Positions 29,434 through 37,555 of a DNA stretch of 64,000 nt are shown here, piece after piece. Every line of letters starts with the position of its first letter. Within the stretch, counting starts at the first letter, position 1. Position numbers and translations under genes: made by a program. The DNA is taken from NCBI GenBank assembly GCA_038207085.1, contig JBBRAE010000001.1:186536-250535 (forward strand), written 5' to 3'. Under the pieces are notes generated by a model that worked only from the letters and a program-made list of their open reading frames with translations, was not told the DNA's origin and ran no database searches. Source of the stretch: Armatimonadota bacterium. GTDB lineage: Bacteria; Armatimonadota; UBA5829; DTLH01.

Positions 29434-30192
29434 TTAGTCGATCGGCTCAATTTTCCCCATAACAGGCGACGGATGAAGGACGTACGCGTCAATCACGGCG
29501 CTTATACTCGCCGGATACTCACGAATCGGCGCGCGACTGTCTGAGGTCGCGGGAGCCGCAACTCCGTAAGCTTCGAGACCAACTGAGCGAGCAAGAAATA
29601 GCGCCCGAGGCAAATGATACCCCTGCGTTACGATAACGAGCTTGTCGAGCAAAAATATGTTCTTTGCGCGGTAGACTGAGTCGTAGGTTCTTCGCCCGGC
29701 ATAATCCATCACCACGTCAGACGAGGGCACACCCTGGGAGACCGCATAATCGGCCATTCTCTGAGGCTCGTTATAGTTCTGCACGCGGTTGTCGCCCGAC
29801 ATCAGTATCTTCTCGACCCGACCTGCGTTGTAGAGGTCAATTGCGGTGTTTACCCGGTGCCTGAGTGTCCAGCTAAGCGCGCCGTTTGGCTGCACACCGG
29901 CCCCCAGCACCAGCGCGACGTGGTAATTCGGCATCTCCGACATTGTTTTGTAGACCCTATTATTGGCGGCGGACTGCACTATCACCATACACAGGGCGAG
30001 TGCCAGAGAAGCGCCGATTGAGACCACCATAAACCAAGACCGCAGCCGTTTCCAAAGTTTGCGCACAGACGCTTTCGCAAACCAACCCGTTTGCCGACTC
30101 ACTCGGCGTCGCCGGGTTTTTCTAGTGGTCGAATAACTCCTGCTCGCGCTTGTGGTGCGCCGTCTCCTGTAGCTCGATCGCCTCTTGGCCAT
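29434..30192 (-). CDS. SanA/YdcF (ElyC, DUF218) family protein with an Arg-rich N-terminal extension
   Basis: ALVLGAG, ILMSGDN, YNEP, DYAGRRTYDS, VTQGYHLPRA and RE motifs. Confidence 0.9.
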   Translation of the reverse strand: MAKRRSSYRRRRTTSASRSYSTTRKTRRRRVSRQTGWFAKASVRKLWKRLRSWFMVVSIGASLALALCMVIVQSAANNRVYKTMSEMPNYHVALVLGAGVQPNGALSWTLRHRVNTAIDLYNAGRVEKILMSGDNRVQNYNEPQRMADYAVSQGVPSSDVVMDYAGRRTYDSVYRAKNIFLLDKLVIVTQGYHLPRALFLARSVGLEAYGVAAPATSDSRAPIREYPASISAVIDAYVLHPSPVMGKIEPID

Positions 30193-30303
30193 CTCTATTC
30201 TCCCAAGTCAGTGGATAATTACCTAGAAAGACTATCACTACGCGAGCGAAATGTCTATGCCTGATGTGTTAGTGACCCACAAATATGGGAGTCGTCGCAG
30301 AGT

Positions 30304-31275
30304 TTAGGCAAGTGGAGCAGTGGCAACACGAGGATCGGATATCGACGCGGCCAATATTTCGGCGTGAGTCTTGAACGAATCACGAGAGCCTGCGTTTGAC
30401 TTCGTCATTCCGAGTGCAAAGAGCTTGTTGTCGTAGGCTGCGGCAATTTTCGTGACGAGTTCCACGCGGTGCATAACATCACCCTGGCCGTCCCAAAGGC
30501 AGTTTACGGTCTCTACCGACAACTCCGGGAGTTTGCAGAACTCGCGGTACAGCCACTTGGATTCAGGCGCATATCTACGGTTCAGCAAGAAACCAAGACG
30601 CATCGCGGCCTCGGCGAACCTCCACCAGGCCATCTGAGCGGTGTAGTAGTCGTCGCGTGCAATCGCCCTGGGAAGCATATCCTGACCATAACGCCAGCAC
30701 TCATCGAGCGCATGCGACATTCGCCGCCGCCATGCGTCCTCCGGGTAATATCTAGCAAACCCCTGCCTGCGGTCCGTCAGCTCCCCTACGGGGTCATAAA
30801 AGACCTGACCGTGCGTCACCTCAAAGAGACACGACTCGGGGATTCTTAGCCAATCCAGGGCGGTTTCTGGCGAGTGTGCGAATCCGGCGAGGTCGCCGCA
30901 GCAGGTGTTTGACGCAAAAAACTCGTCGATAGCGAATACGGGGTTGTTGGTCCGACCTGTGCTTCTGCAGTGAGCGCCCTCATACTGGGTCGGCAGCTCA
31001 TTCAAAACACATTGGAGGTCGTGCCCGAGGGTTGCGAAGTCGGAACCTGTAAGAAATACCTGGAATCGCGGGCCCCAATCGAAATCCCGGGAGACTTCGT
31101 CATCGTTTCCCGAGCAGTCCGACCCGGCTGCAATAAGCCCTGCGGCTATGCGATCGACACTCTTTGGCAGCATGCTTTCAAGTGCCGGAAGCCCTACCTC
31201 CCAGAAATATCTGGAGGCTATCTCTATTCCTCTGGCCGATGCGGCGATGCCTTGGTTGGCATTCTGTCCGATCAT
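30304..31275 (-). CDS. DUF4037-domain protein (nucleotidyltransferase-like N-terminus)
   Basis: AAGLIAAGSDCSGNDDEVSRDFDWGP, GQVFYDPVG and LLNRRYAPESKW motifs. Confidence 0.75.
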   Translation of the reverse strand: MIGQNANQGIAASARGIEIASRYFWEVGLPALESMLPKSVDRIAAGLIAAGSDCSGNDDEVSRDFDWGPRFQVFLTGSDFATLGHDLQCVLNELPTQYEGAHCRSTGRTNNPVFAIDEFFASNTCCGDLAGFAHSPETALDWLRIPESCLFEVTHGQVFYDPVGELTDRRQGFARYYPEDAWRRRMSHALDECWRYGQDMLPRAIARDDYYTAQMAWWRFAEAAMRLGFLLNRRYAPESKWLYREFCKLPELSVETVNCLWDGQGDVMHRVELVTKIAAAYDNKLFALGMTKSNAGSRDSFKTHAEILAASISDPRVATAPLA

Positions 31276-31433
31276 TCTCACTTCCAAACCTCTAGCGTCG
31301 GATTAACCCGAACCTGGGAAATCCATATTTCTAGCTTCGAAGCTTCTGCACGCAAAACACCCGTCAGTGCGGGCTATATTGTTAAGTTAAGCGTACATAA
31401 GCGTCTATGTGTTGTGCTCATGTCAAGTTAATA

Positions 31434-31462
31434 GACGAACGAAACGTCCGGTTTGTTCCACA
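31434..31462 (-). promoter_or_regulatory. ECF-type promoter candidate for the DUF4037 gene
   Basis: Minus strand TGTGGAAC-N17-CGTC, the same motif as upstream of the ECF sigma gene. Confidence 0.5.
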
Positions 31463-31546
31463 ACTGCGGCCTCATGAATAGAATTCTACCCAAATGATTA
31501 CAATATAAGTGTAAGCACGATGACATATGTAAAGGGGGAAAGCTCG

Positions 31547-32068
31547 ATGAAGACCCGTTTTGCGGGAATTCTTATCGTAGTCGCGCTGGCAATTCTCACA
31601 TCAACCCTGGCTTGGGCCGATGCGGACACCCCTACGCGCTATTTTGGTCCGGGGCCCGGATATCCTGATAACCCCGGCTCGAAATATTTCTACCGGTACT
31701 ATCCGCCAGATCAATGGCAAAAGTATGGTTATGGTACCGGACACATGGGGGTCGGGTACGGCCCATATATTTACGGAGGACAACGACCCTCTCCGGGTGC
31801 TCGTGATGCGGCCATCTACGGCCCGTCGCTCATAATCCCGAAGTTCAAGATGGTTGGAAACAGTCAGGTAATGATCTCCGCTCCTGGCGTGGGAGTTACT
31901 GGCCTCACGGTAAATGTCCTCTCGTTCGGGGGAGCTGTGCTGCAAACTGGCTACGTGAACGCGTCGCCATTCGAGATTGTTGCAAATATTCCTGACGGTG
32001 CTACAGTGCTTCAGATTCGTGTCGACACCGTCTCAGGCTTCCGGGCAATGGGGTATTCACTCTACTGA
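31547..32068 (+). CDS. Hypothetical secreted protein with a Tyr/Gly/Pro-rich N-terminal half
   Basis: GGGGG SD, signal peptide ending AWA, low-complexity YGP region, beta-rich C-terminus. Confidence 0.7.
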   Translation: MKTRFAGILIVVALAILTSTLAWADADTPTRYFGPGPGYPDNPGSKYFYRYYPPDQWQKYGYGTGHMGVGYGPYIYGGQRPSPGARDAAIYGPSLIIPKFKMVGNSQVMISAPGVGVTGLTVNVLSFGGAVLQTGYVNASPFEIVANIPDGATVLQIRVDTVSGFRAMGYSLY

Positions 32069-32220
32069 CTGTAACAAGCGTAGGGCCGGTGAATAATCGT
32101 CGCCGGCCCTGTCGGTATTATGCGACTTCGGTTCTTGACATATCCTCGTCTATGGTGCAAAATGTCTTCGCGACTCTGACGGCGCAATTGCTTGGCACGC
32201 GGTCGGTCGCTGGAGGGACC

Positions 32221-32784
32221 ATGATGACTGGTTCGATTAGCATGTTGATTATATTTGGGGTTCTGGGGCTGGTTGTGTTCTGGGTAATCCTCACTTACAA
32301 CCGACTTGTGGTGCTCAAAAATGGAATTGAAAACGCGTGGTCGCAGATTGACGTTCAGCTTAGACGACGTTTCGACCTGATACCGAATCTCGTTGAGACC
32401 GTGAAGGGTTACGCTTCCCACGAAAAAGAGGTCTTTGAGAAGGTTACGCAGGCCCGTGCATCGATGGCAAACGCTCAAGGCGTTGCACAGCAGGCCGAAG
32501 CTCAGAACCTGATCACCGGAGCGCTGAAGAGCCTCTTTGCGGTAAGCGAGGCTTACCCCGAGCTAAAAGCAAACGAGAACTTCATGATGCTGCAGGAAGA
32601 GCTGTCGGGCACGGAATCGAAGATCGCCTACGCCAGACAGTTCTACAACGACTCTGTGATGTCGTTCAACACGATGATACAGTCGTTCCCTGCGAACCTG
32701 CTCGCTGGCGCATTCGGGTTTGCTGCTAAAGAATACTTCCCTATGGAAGACGTAGCCCGCGAGCCGGTGAAGGTTCAGTTCTAA
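32221..32784 (+). CDS. lemA: LemA family protein
   Basis: YNRLV, AWSQIDVQLRRRFDLIPNLVETVKGYA, EAYPELKAN and RQFYND motifs. Confidence 0.95.
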   Translation: MMTGSISMLIIFGVLGLVVFWVILTYNRLVVLKNGIENAWSQIDVQLRRRFDLIPNLVETVKGYASHEKEVFEKVTQARASMANAQGVAQQAEAQNLITGALKSLFAVSEAYPELKANENFMMLQEELSGTESKIAYARQFYNDSVMSFNTMIQSFPANLLAGAFGFAAKEYFPMEDVAREPVKVQF

Positions 32785-33965
32785 CGGACTATCCCAAGCT
32801 CTTTTCCGACCCGGCCAAGGGCATCGAGCGCCCGGTCGAGATGTTCACGCGTATGCTCTGAGGTCACAATGGTGCGCACGCGCGACTTCTCCTCCGGGAC
32901 AGTCGGGTAGCCGATCCCCTGGGCGAACACGCCCTGCTCGAAAAGCCTGTCAGAGAGTCTCATCACAAGCTCGCCTCGCCCGACGATGATCGGTGTGATC
33001 GGCGTCTCGCTCGATCCTGTGTTGAACCCAAGTGTAGCAAGTTCACTCTTGAAGTAACGGGTATTCTCCCAAAGCCGCGCTATTCTCTGGGGTTCAGAGA
33101 GAAGCACATCGATTGCGGCGATGCAGGTGGCTATGACAGACGGCGGATGCGACGTGCTGAAGAGTAGTGGTCGAGCGCGGTGGATCATGAGCTCGCGAAC
33201 CCGTTCGCCGCAGGCCACGTACCCGCCCATCGCCCCTATTGCTTTTGAAAGTGTCCCAACTTGTATGTCTACCCGCCCGTGGAGGCCGAAGTGGTCCACC
33301 GTCCCGCGGCCGTTTTGCCCCAGTACCCCGCTTGCGTGGGCATCGTCAACCATCAGGATCGCGCCAAACTCATCAGCAAGGTCAGCAAGAGCAGGAAGCG
33401 GGGCGATGTCGCCGTCCATGCTGAACACCCCGTCTGTTACGATCAGCTTCTTGCGATATTCGCCAGACTCACTCAAAATGGCTCTGAGGGCATCTGTATC
33501 GCGGTGCGGAAAGACCTTCCGGGTCGCTTTGGTGAGCCGCAACCCGTCGATGATGCTTGCGTGGTTGAGCTCGTCGCTGATCGCGAGGTCGCCTTCCTCC
33601 AGGATAGACCCAAGCACCGCAAGGTTCGCCACAAACCCGGACTGCAGAACGAGAGAGGTCTCCGTCTTCTTGAACTCGGCAAGTTTTTGTTCGAGTGTCT
33701 CGTGAATCGACATCGTTCCGGCGATTGTTCTGACCGAAGCCGTCCCCACCCCAAGTTCTTCTATCGCACGGATCGCAGCCTGTTTCAGCCGGGGGTGAGT
33801 GGTAAGCCCGAGGTAGTTGTTGGAAGACAGGTTGATGACCTCGCGGCCGTCGAACCTCGACACGGGCAACTGCTCACCGTCAAGCACCCGCAGACGGCGG
33901 TAAAGCCCCTTCTCTTTCAGAGAATCAAGAGTGGCGTCTACGAAATCGAGCGCACGAGCCGTCAC
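32781..33965 (-). CDS. kbl: Glycine C-acetyltransferase (2-amino-3-ketobutyrate CoA ligase)
   Basis: SSNNYLGL, SDELNHASIIDG, DGVFSMDGD, DDAH and GTLSKA motifs; coupled to tdh by a GTGA overlap. Confidence 0.88.
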   Translation of the reverse strand: MTARALDFVDATLDSLKEKGLYRRLRVLDGEQLPVSRFDGREVINLSSNNYLGLTTHPRLKQAAIRAIEELGVGTASVRTIAGTMSIHETLEQKLAEFKKTETSLVLQSGFVANLAVLGSILEEGDLAISDELNHASIIDGLRLTKATRKVFPHRDTDALRAILSESGEYRKKLIVTDGVFSMDGDIAPLPALADLADEFGAILMVDDAHASGVLGQNGRGTVDHFGLHGRVDIQVGTLSKAIGAMGGYVACGERVRELMIHRARPLLFSTSHPPSVIATCIAAIDVLLSEPQRIARLWENTRYFKSELATLGFNTGSSETPITPIIVGRGELVMRLSDRLFEQGVFAQGIGYPTVPEEKSRVRTIVTSEHTREHLDRALDALGRVGKELGIVR

Positions 33966-35005
33966 TTTGGCACCTCACCGTTGGGATATAGCAGCACCTT
34001 GCCGCACTGCCCAGAGGCCATTATCTCCATAGCGCGATCGATGTCTTCAAATCGCATCCGGTGGGTGATGATCGGGAAGAGGTCGACCCTGTGCGACTGT
34101 ATCAGCCTGGTTGCCTGGTACCACGTCTTGAACATACGCCGTCCGTGTATTCCCTGGACGATCAAACCCTTCAGAACAACATCGCTTCCGATATCGATTT
34201 CAACCGGCGACTTTGGAAGCCCAAGAAGCGACACCCTGCCTCCCGCGCGGGCCATTTTGAATGCAGATGTGATGGCGTCGGGGTCGCCTGACATCTCAAG
34301 CACTACGTCGAAACCGACGCCCTCGGTCAACTCCGTCGCTGCTTGAACTGCGCCATTCCCCCCGTTAACCACGGCGTCCGCTCCGAGTTTCCTGGCGAGC
34401 GCGAGTCGGAAGTCGGATATGTCAAACCCAACCACACGGGTTGCCCCAGCCGCCCGAGCGATCGGAATAGCGGCAAGACCGATCGGGCCACATCCGACGA
34501 CCGCCACAGTCGTCCCAGCGATCTCGCCCGAGAGCACAGTGTGGACTGCGTTGCCGATGGGGTCGAAAATCGCGCCAACTTCGGCGGGAATCTCCGGGGC
34601 GAGCTCCCAGACGTAATGCTCGGGCATCACGAGGTACTCGGCAAAGCTGCCGTTTCGGTCGATCCCGCAGACCTCGACGTGTGAACAGACATGTGCCTGG
34701 CCTGTTTTACATTGATAGCAGTGTCCACAGGTGATGTGACACTCGGCGGTGACCAAGTCCCCAACTCGAACGCGACGGACCTCCGACCCGACCTCAACCA
34801 CCTCTCCGCAGAACTCGTGCCCGAGGACCACGGGCAGTTTCAGACGTTTAGCCGACCATTCGTCCCACGAATAGACGTGCAGATCCGTGCCACAGATCCC
34901 GGCTATCTTGATCTTGATCAAGACGTCCCCGGGGCAGACGGTTGGCATTTCAACCTCCACTACGTCCAGGCCGGGTAGTGGAAACACCTTCGCGATCGCT
35001 TTCAT
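33962..35005 (-). CDS. tdh: L-threonine 3-dehydrogenase
   Basis: GICGTDLH, GHEFCG, structural Zn CxxCxxC, DPIGNAVHT and GIHGRRMFKTW motifs. Confidence 0.93.
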   Translation of the reverse strand: MKAIAKVFPLPGLDVVEVEMPTVCPGDVLIKIKIAGICGTDLHVYSWDEWSAKRLKLPVVLGHEFCGEVVEVGSEVRRVRVGDLVTAECHITCGHCYQCKTGQAHVCSHVEVCGIDRNGSFAEYLVMPEHYVWELAPEIPAEVGAIFDPIGNAVHTVLSGEIAGTTVAVVGCGPIGLAAIPIARAAGATRVVGFDISDFRLALARKLGADAVVNGGNGAVQAATELTEGVGFDVVLEMSGDPDAITSAFKMARAGGRVSLLGLPKSPVEIDIGSDVVLKGLIVQGIHGRRMFKTWYQATRLIQSHRVDLFPIITHRMRFEDIDRAMEIMASGQCGKVLLYPNGEVPK

Positions 35006-35133
35006 AATTCCCTCGACTCAAAGGCAAGCTGCTTTTGTGATACCCAGGGTAAATATTTCCCACACAAAGCAGTCGCCTGCTCGGTGTGAACAAACTGTAC
35101 GGGAGGGTATCATGACGGTGCAGGAGGACTACT

Positions 35134-35517
35134 ATGGACCTGAATACAACGTTCCCACGGGCAGGCGAGATGCTGCTCGGTGGTTATCCCTGGGTTGCTC
35201 GCATGTCAGACAAGGCGCGGGCTTACAACGAAGGCACTCTCGGTGACTTTATCTATCCATGCCCGATCGACAAGGAGATGCTTGCGGAGCTCAATCTAAC
35301 CGGAGAAGAGTTCGCGGAGATTGCCGAGCAGTGCCCGACCGATATCGACCTGCTTAACGAGCTTGGGTTACCCGAGGACAACAAAGACCACGATGTTCAT
35401 CGCTGGGCGATGGAGTTTCTGTCTAACCGGCACGATAGCCTGATGAGGCAAGCCGAGGAGGAAGGCCGTGTCTACCATCCTCCTGACAGCATTGAGATCA
35501 TAAGGCCATTTGCGTAG
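35134..35517 (+). CDS. DUF5069-like small protein
   Basis: 'MDL...PR...LGGYPWVARMSDKARA...GTLGDFIYPCPID' pattern. Confidence 0.7.
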   Translation: MDLNTTFPRAGEMLLGGYPWVARMSDKARAYNEGTLGDFIYPCPIDKEMLAELNLTGEEFAEIAEQCPTDIDLLNELGLPEDNKDHDVHRWAMEFLSNRHDSLMRQAEEEGRVYHPPDSIEIIRPFA

Positions 35518-35552
35518 ATTAGGACGAGTGGTGGGCGGTTAACCACTTCCCA

Positions 35553-36674
35553 TCACTCGTCGCTCACTTTCCCCCTGGCCCGTGCCTTGAGAGCGTTGGA
35601 AACCGCAGGCTTTGCCTTTACCCACAGCCAGTACCACAGAGGCGAGAGCACCATGTCGTACTCCCCGATATACTCAACGTAGCGGGGAGAAAAGCCTTCT
35701 TTAAAGCGATTAAGGCCCTGGAGGTGATCGTCGTCCTCGCTCGCACCACGCCTTGGCGAGACTCCGCGGAAATCGTACCACTTACACCCTGCCTCTTTGG
35801 CCCACTGGATGGCTACCCACTGCATCAGGTGGTTTGGCATCAGGTTGCGGTGCTCATTGCTCGATGCGCCGTAGACGTACCATGCGCGGTCACCGATGAT
35901 GAAGTTGAATGCGCCGGAGATGACCTGTCCTTCGTGATAAGTGAGGAAGAGCTTGACGAAGCCTGAGGGCTCAAGGATGTCCCACATCGTCTCAAAATAG
36001 CTAAAGCCACGCACCAAAAACTCGTCGCGCTTTGCTGTGACTTGCAGAACATCGTAAAACGCCCGCAGGTCTTCTCTCGTGCAGTCACTTTTGACGGTGA
36101 CTCCCTTCTTCTCGGCAAGCCGGATGTTGTAGCGCCATTTGGGCTTGAAGCTTGCGAGTAGGTCGTCTATGCTCTGGTCGAGATCGAGCTGCATCACGCA
36201 CTTTGGCTGAGTGCCGCCAAACCCTGTCGGGTCGGCGACAAGCTTGAAGCCCGCCTGCTCGATATTCAACGCGGAAACGCTGTCCTCAATGGGAACAGGT
36301 GGGTCGATTTTGAGAAGTATCGCGCCATGCTTCAGCGCGATCGCACGCAGGCCTGCTGTAAACTCTGAAACGAGTCGCGGGTCGATAGTGTCCATAACCG
36401 GGCCGCGCGACACGTAAGCGATGAACTTGCCGGTCCTTGGGATACTGCGAAGTAGCACGGAGGCAATGGCGACGATCCTTCCGGATTCGTCCTCACCGAC
36501 TACCCTCACGGGCCTCCAGCCACTCTTAGCTTTTACATCTCCCCATTCCCAGGACTGCATAAGGTCGCCGGTCGGGAAATTGGCGACAAAACCGTTAAAA
36601 CTGGCCTTTTCGGCCTCGGGTATCTCTCGAATATTCACGCGGAAAATTGTACCACCACCGGCGTATTCCGTCAA
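35553..36674 (-). CDS. FemABX-family peptidoglycan bridge aminoacyltransferase
   Basis: LMQSWEWG, SRGP, KWRYNIRLAEKKGV, YVYGASS, YDFRG and GLNRFKEGF motifs. The start may be GTG 36638. Confidence 0.9.
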   Translation of the reverse strand: MTEYAGGGTIFRVNIREIPEAEKASFNGFVANFPTGDLMQSWEWGDVKAKSGWRPVRVVGEDESGRIVAIASVLLRSIPRTGKFIAYVSRGPVMDTIDPRLVSEFTAGLRAIALKHGAILLKIDPPVPIEDSVSALNIEQAGFKLVADPTGFGGTQPKCVMQLDLDQSIDDLLASFKPKWRYNIRLAEKKGVTVKSDCTREDLRAFYDVLQVTAKRDEFLVRGFSYFETMWDILEPSGFVKLFLTYHEGQVISGAFNFIIGDRAWYVYGASSNEHRNLMPNHLMQWVAIQWAKEAGCKWYDFRGVSPRRGASEDDDHLQGLNRFKEGFSPRYVEYIGEYDMVLSPLWYWLWVKAKPAVSNALKARARGKVSDE

Positions 36675-36699
36675 TCAAAAGATATCGAGCACCCAGGGA

Positions 36700-37068
36700 T
36701 TAGCCCTGGTTCTGCCTGACTTTCAGTGCTGCAAGAGCCTCTTTGGCCTTCTGATAGAAAGGTTCGATGTCGAGCGCCTTCTCATACTCGTACTCCGCCT
36801 CGGCCAATATGCCGGTGGCTTCGTAGGCCTGAGCTATATTGTAGTGGGACTTGGCGACATCTGGTGCTACCTGCACGGCGAGCTTGAACGCGCCGATCGC
36901 CTTGTCCATACGTCCCTTGCTCGCGTAAGCCGCGCCGAGATAGTTGAACACGCGGTAGTCGGACTGACTGAGTCTGGTAGACTCCTCAAGTTCGGCTATC
37001 GCCGTATCCAAGTCGCCAGCCTTCATAGCCGTGAGACCAAGCTGAAAATGTATCTGTTCTTGCTCCAT
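36700..37068 (-). CDS. Small TPR-repeat protein
   Basis: Three TPR-like repeats (HFQLG, FNYLGAAY, HYNIAQAY); AGGAGG SD before ATG 37068. Confidence 0.85.
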   Translation of the reverse strand: MEQEQIHFQLGLTAMKAGDLDTAIAELEESTRLSQSDYRVFNYLGAAYASKGRMDKAIGAFKLAVQVAPDVAKSHYNIAQAYEATGILAEAEYEYEKALDIEPFYQKAKEALAALKVRQNQG

Positions 37069-37162
37069 ATCAAATATCCTCCTGTGCGTCCAGTATATAG
37101 CGCAAAGCACACATGTGTAAAGATCGGCTAAATGGTGTAAATTGTTCAGAGCCAGCTGATGA

Positions 37163-37550
37163 GCCCTGTTCCTAGGTTACTACTACTCGCAGACCACTGA
37201 CCGTTACGCTGACGCGACCAAAATCCCAAATCCGACAACTCACAGCGGCACGGTTAAGGTCTATGGGCTGACACCCGGACAGTATACGCTGGAGCGATGG
37301 AGCACCACAGACACCAACCCGGCCACCCAAGTTACGTCAACGTCTACGATCACCGTTGGATCAGACGGAATCGCGACTGTTTCGACTAGCAGCATAACCT
37401 GCGGCGTGGAGTTCAAAATCAAGCCAGCTGGCGCGCCAACCCCTCCTCCTCAGCCGACTCTCAAGCAGCACAGGAAGAGTCTCGTGGACGATATCGAGCG
37501 TTGCTTCTGGGGCATCTGGAACGGTCACCTTCCAGGTTAAAGTCAACTGA
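37163..37550 (+). pseudogene. Start-less, frameshifted remnant of a secreted protein ending in a DUF11-like strand
   Basis: Open frame without a start codon (...GTVKVYGLTPGQYTLERWSTT...EFKIKPAGAPTPPPQP). Another frame continues SSTGRVSWTISSVASGASGTVTFQVKVN-stop. Confidence 0.6.
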
Positions 37551-37555
37551 TTCCC

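Noticed and set aside
28077-30192. vanW and sanA as a vancomycin-resistance cluster
   Set aside because: No vanHAX or vanRS; both families are common envelope proteins.
33121-34346. Long antisense ORFs (for example 361 aa opposite kbl/tdh, 300 aa opposite the hydantoinase, 266 aa opposite serA)
   Set aside because: Shadow frames of well-conserved genes in GC-rich DNA, with no motifs or SD support.
35523-35561. GACGAGTGGTG hairpin arm shared with the hairpin at 51545
   Set aside because: Only 11 bp are shared, and one arm is the femABX stop region. Most simply two independent terminators.
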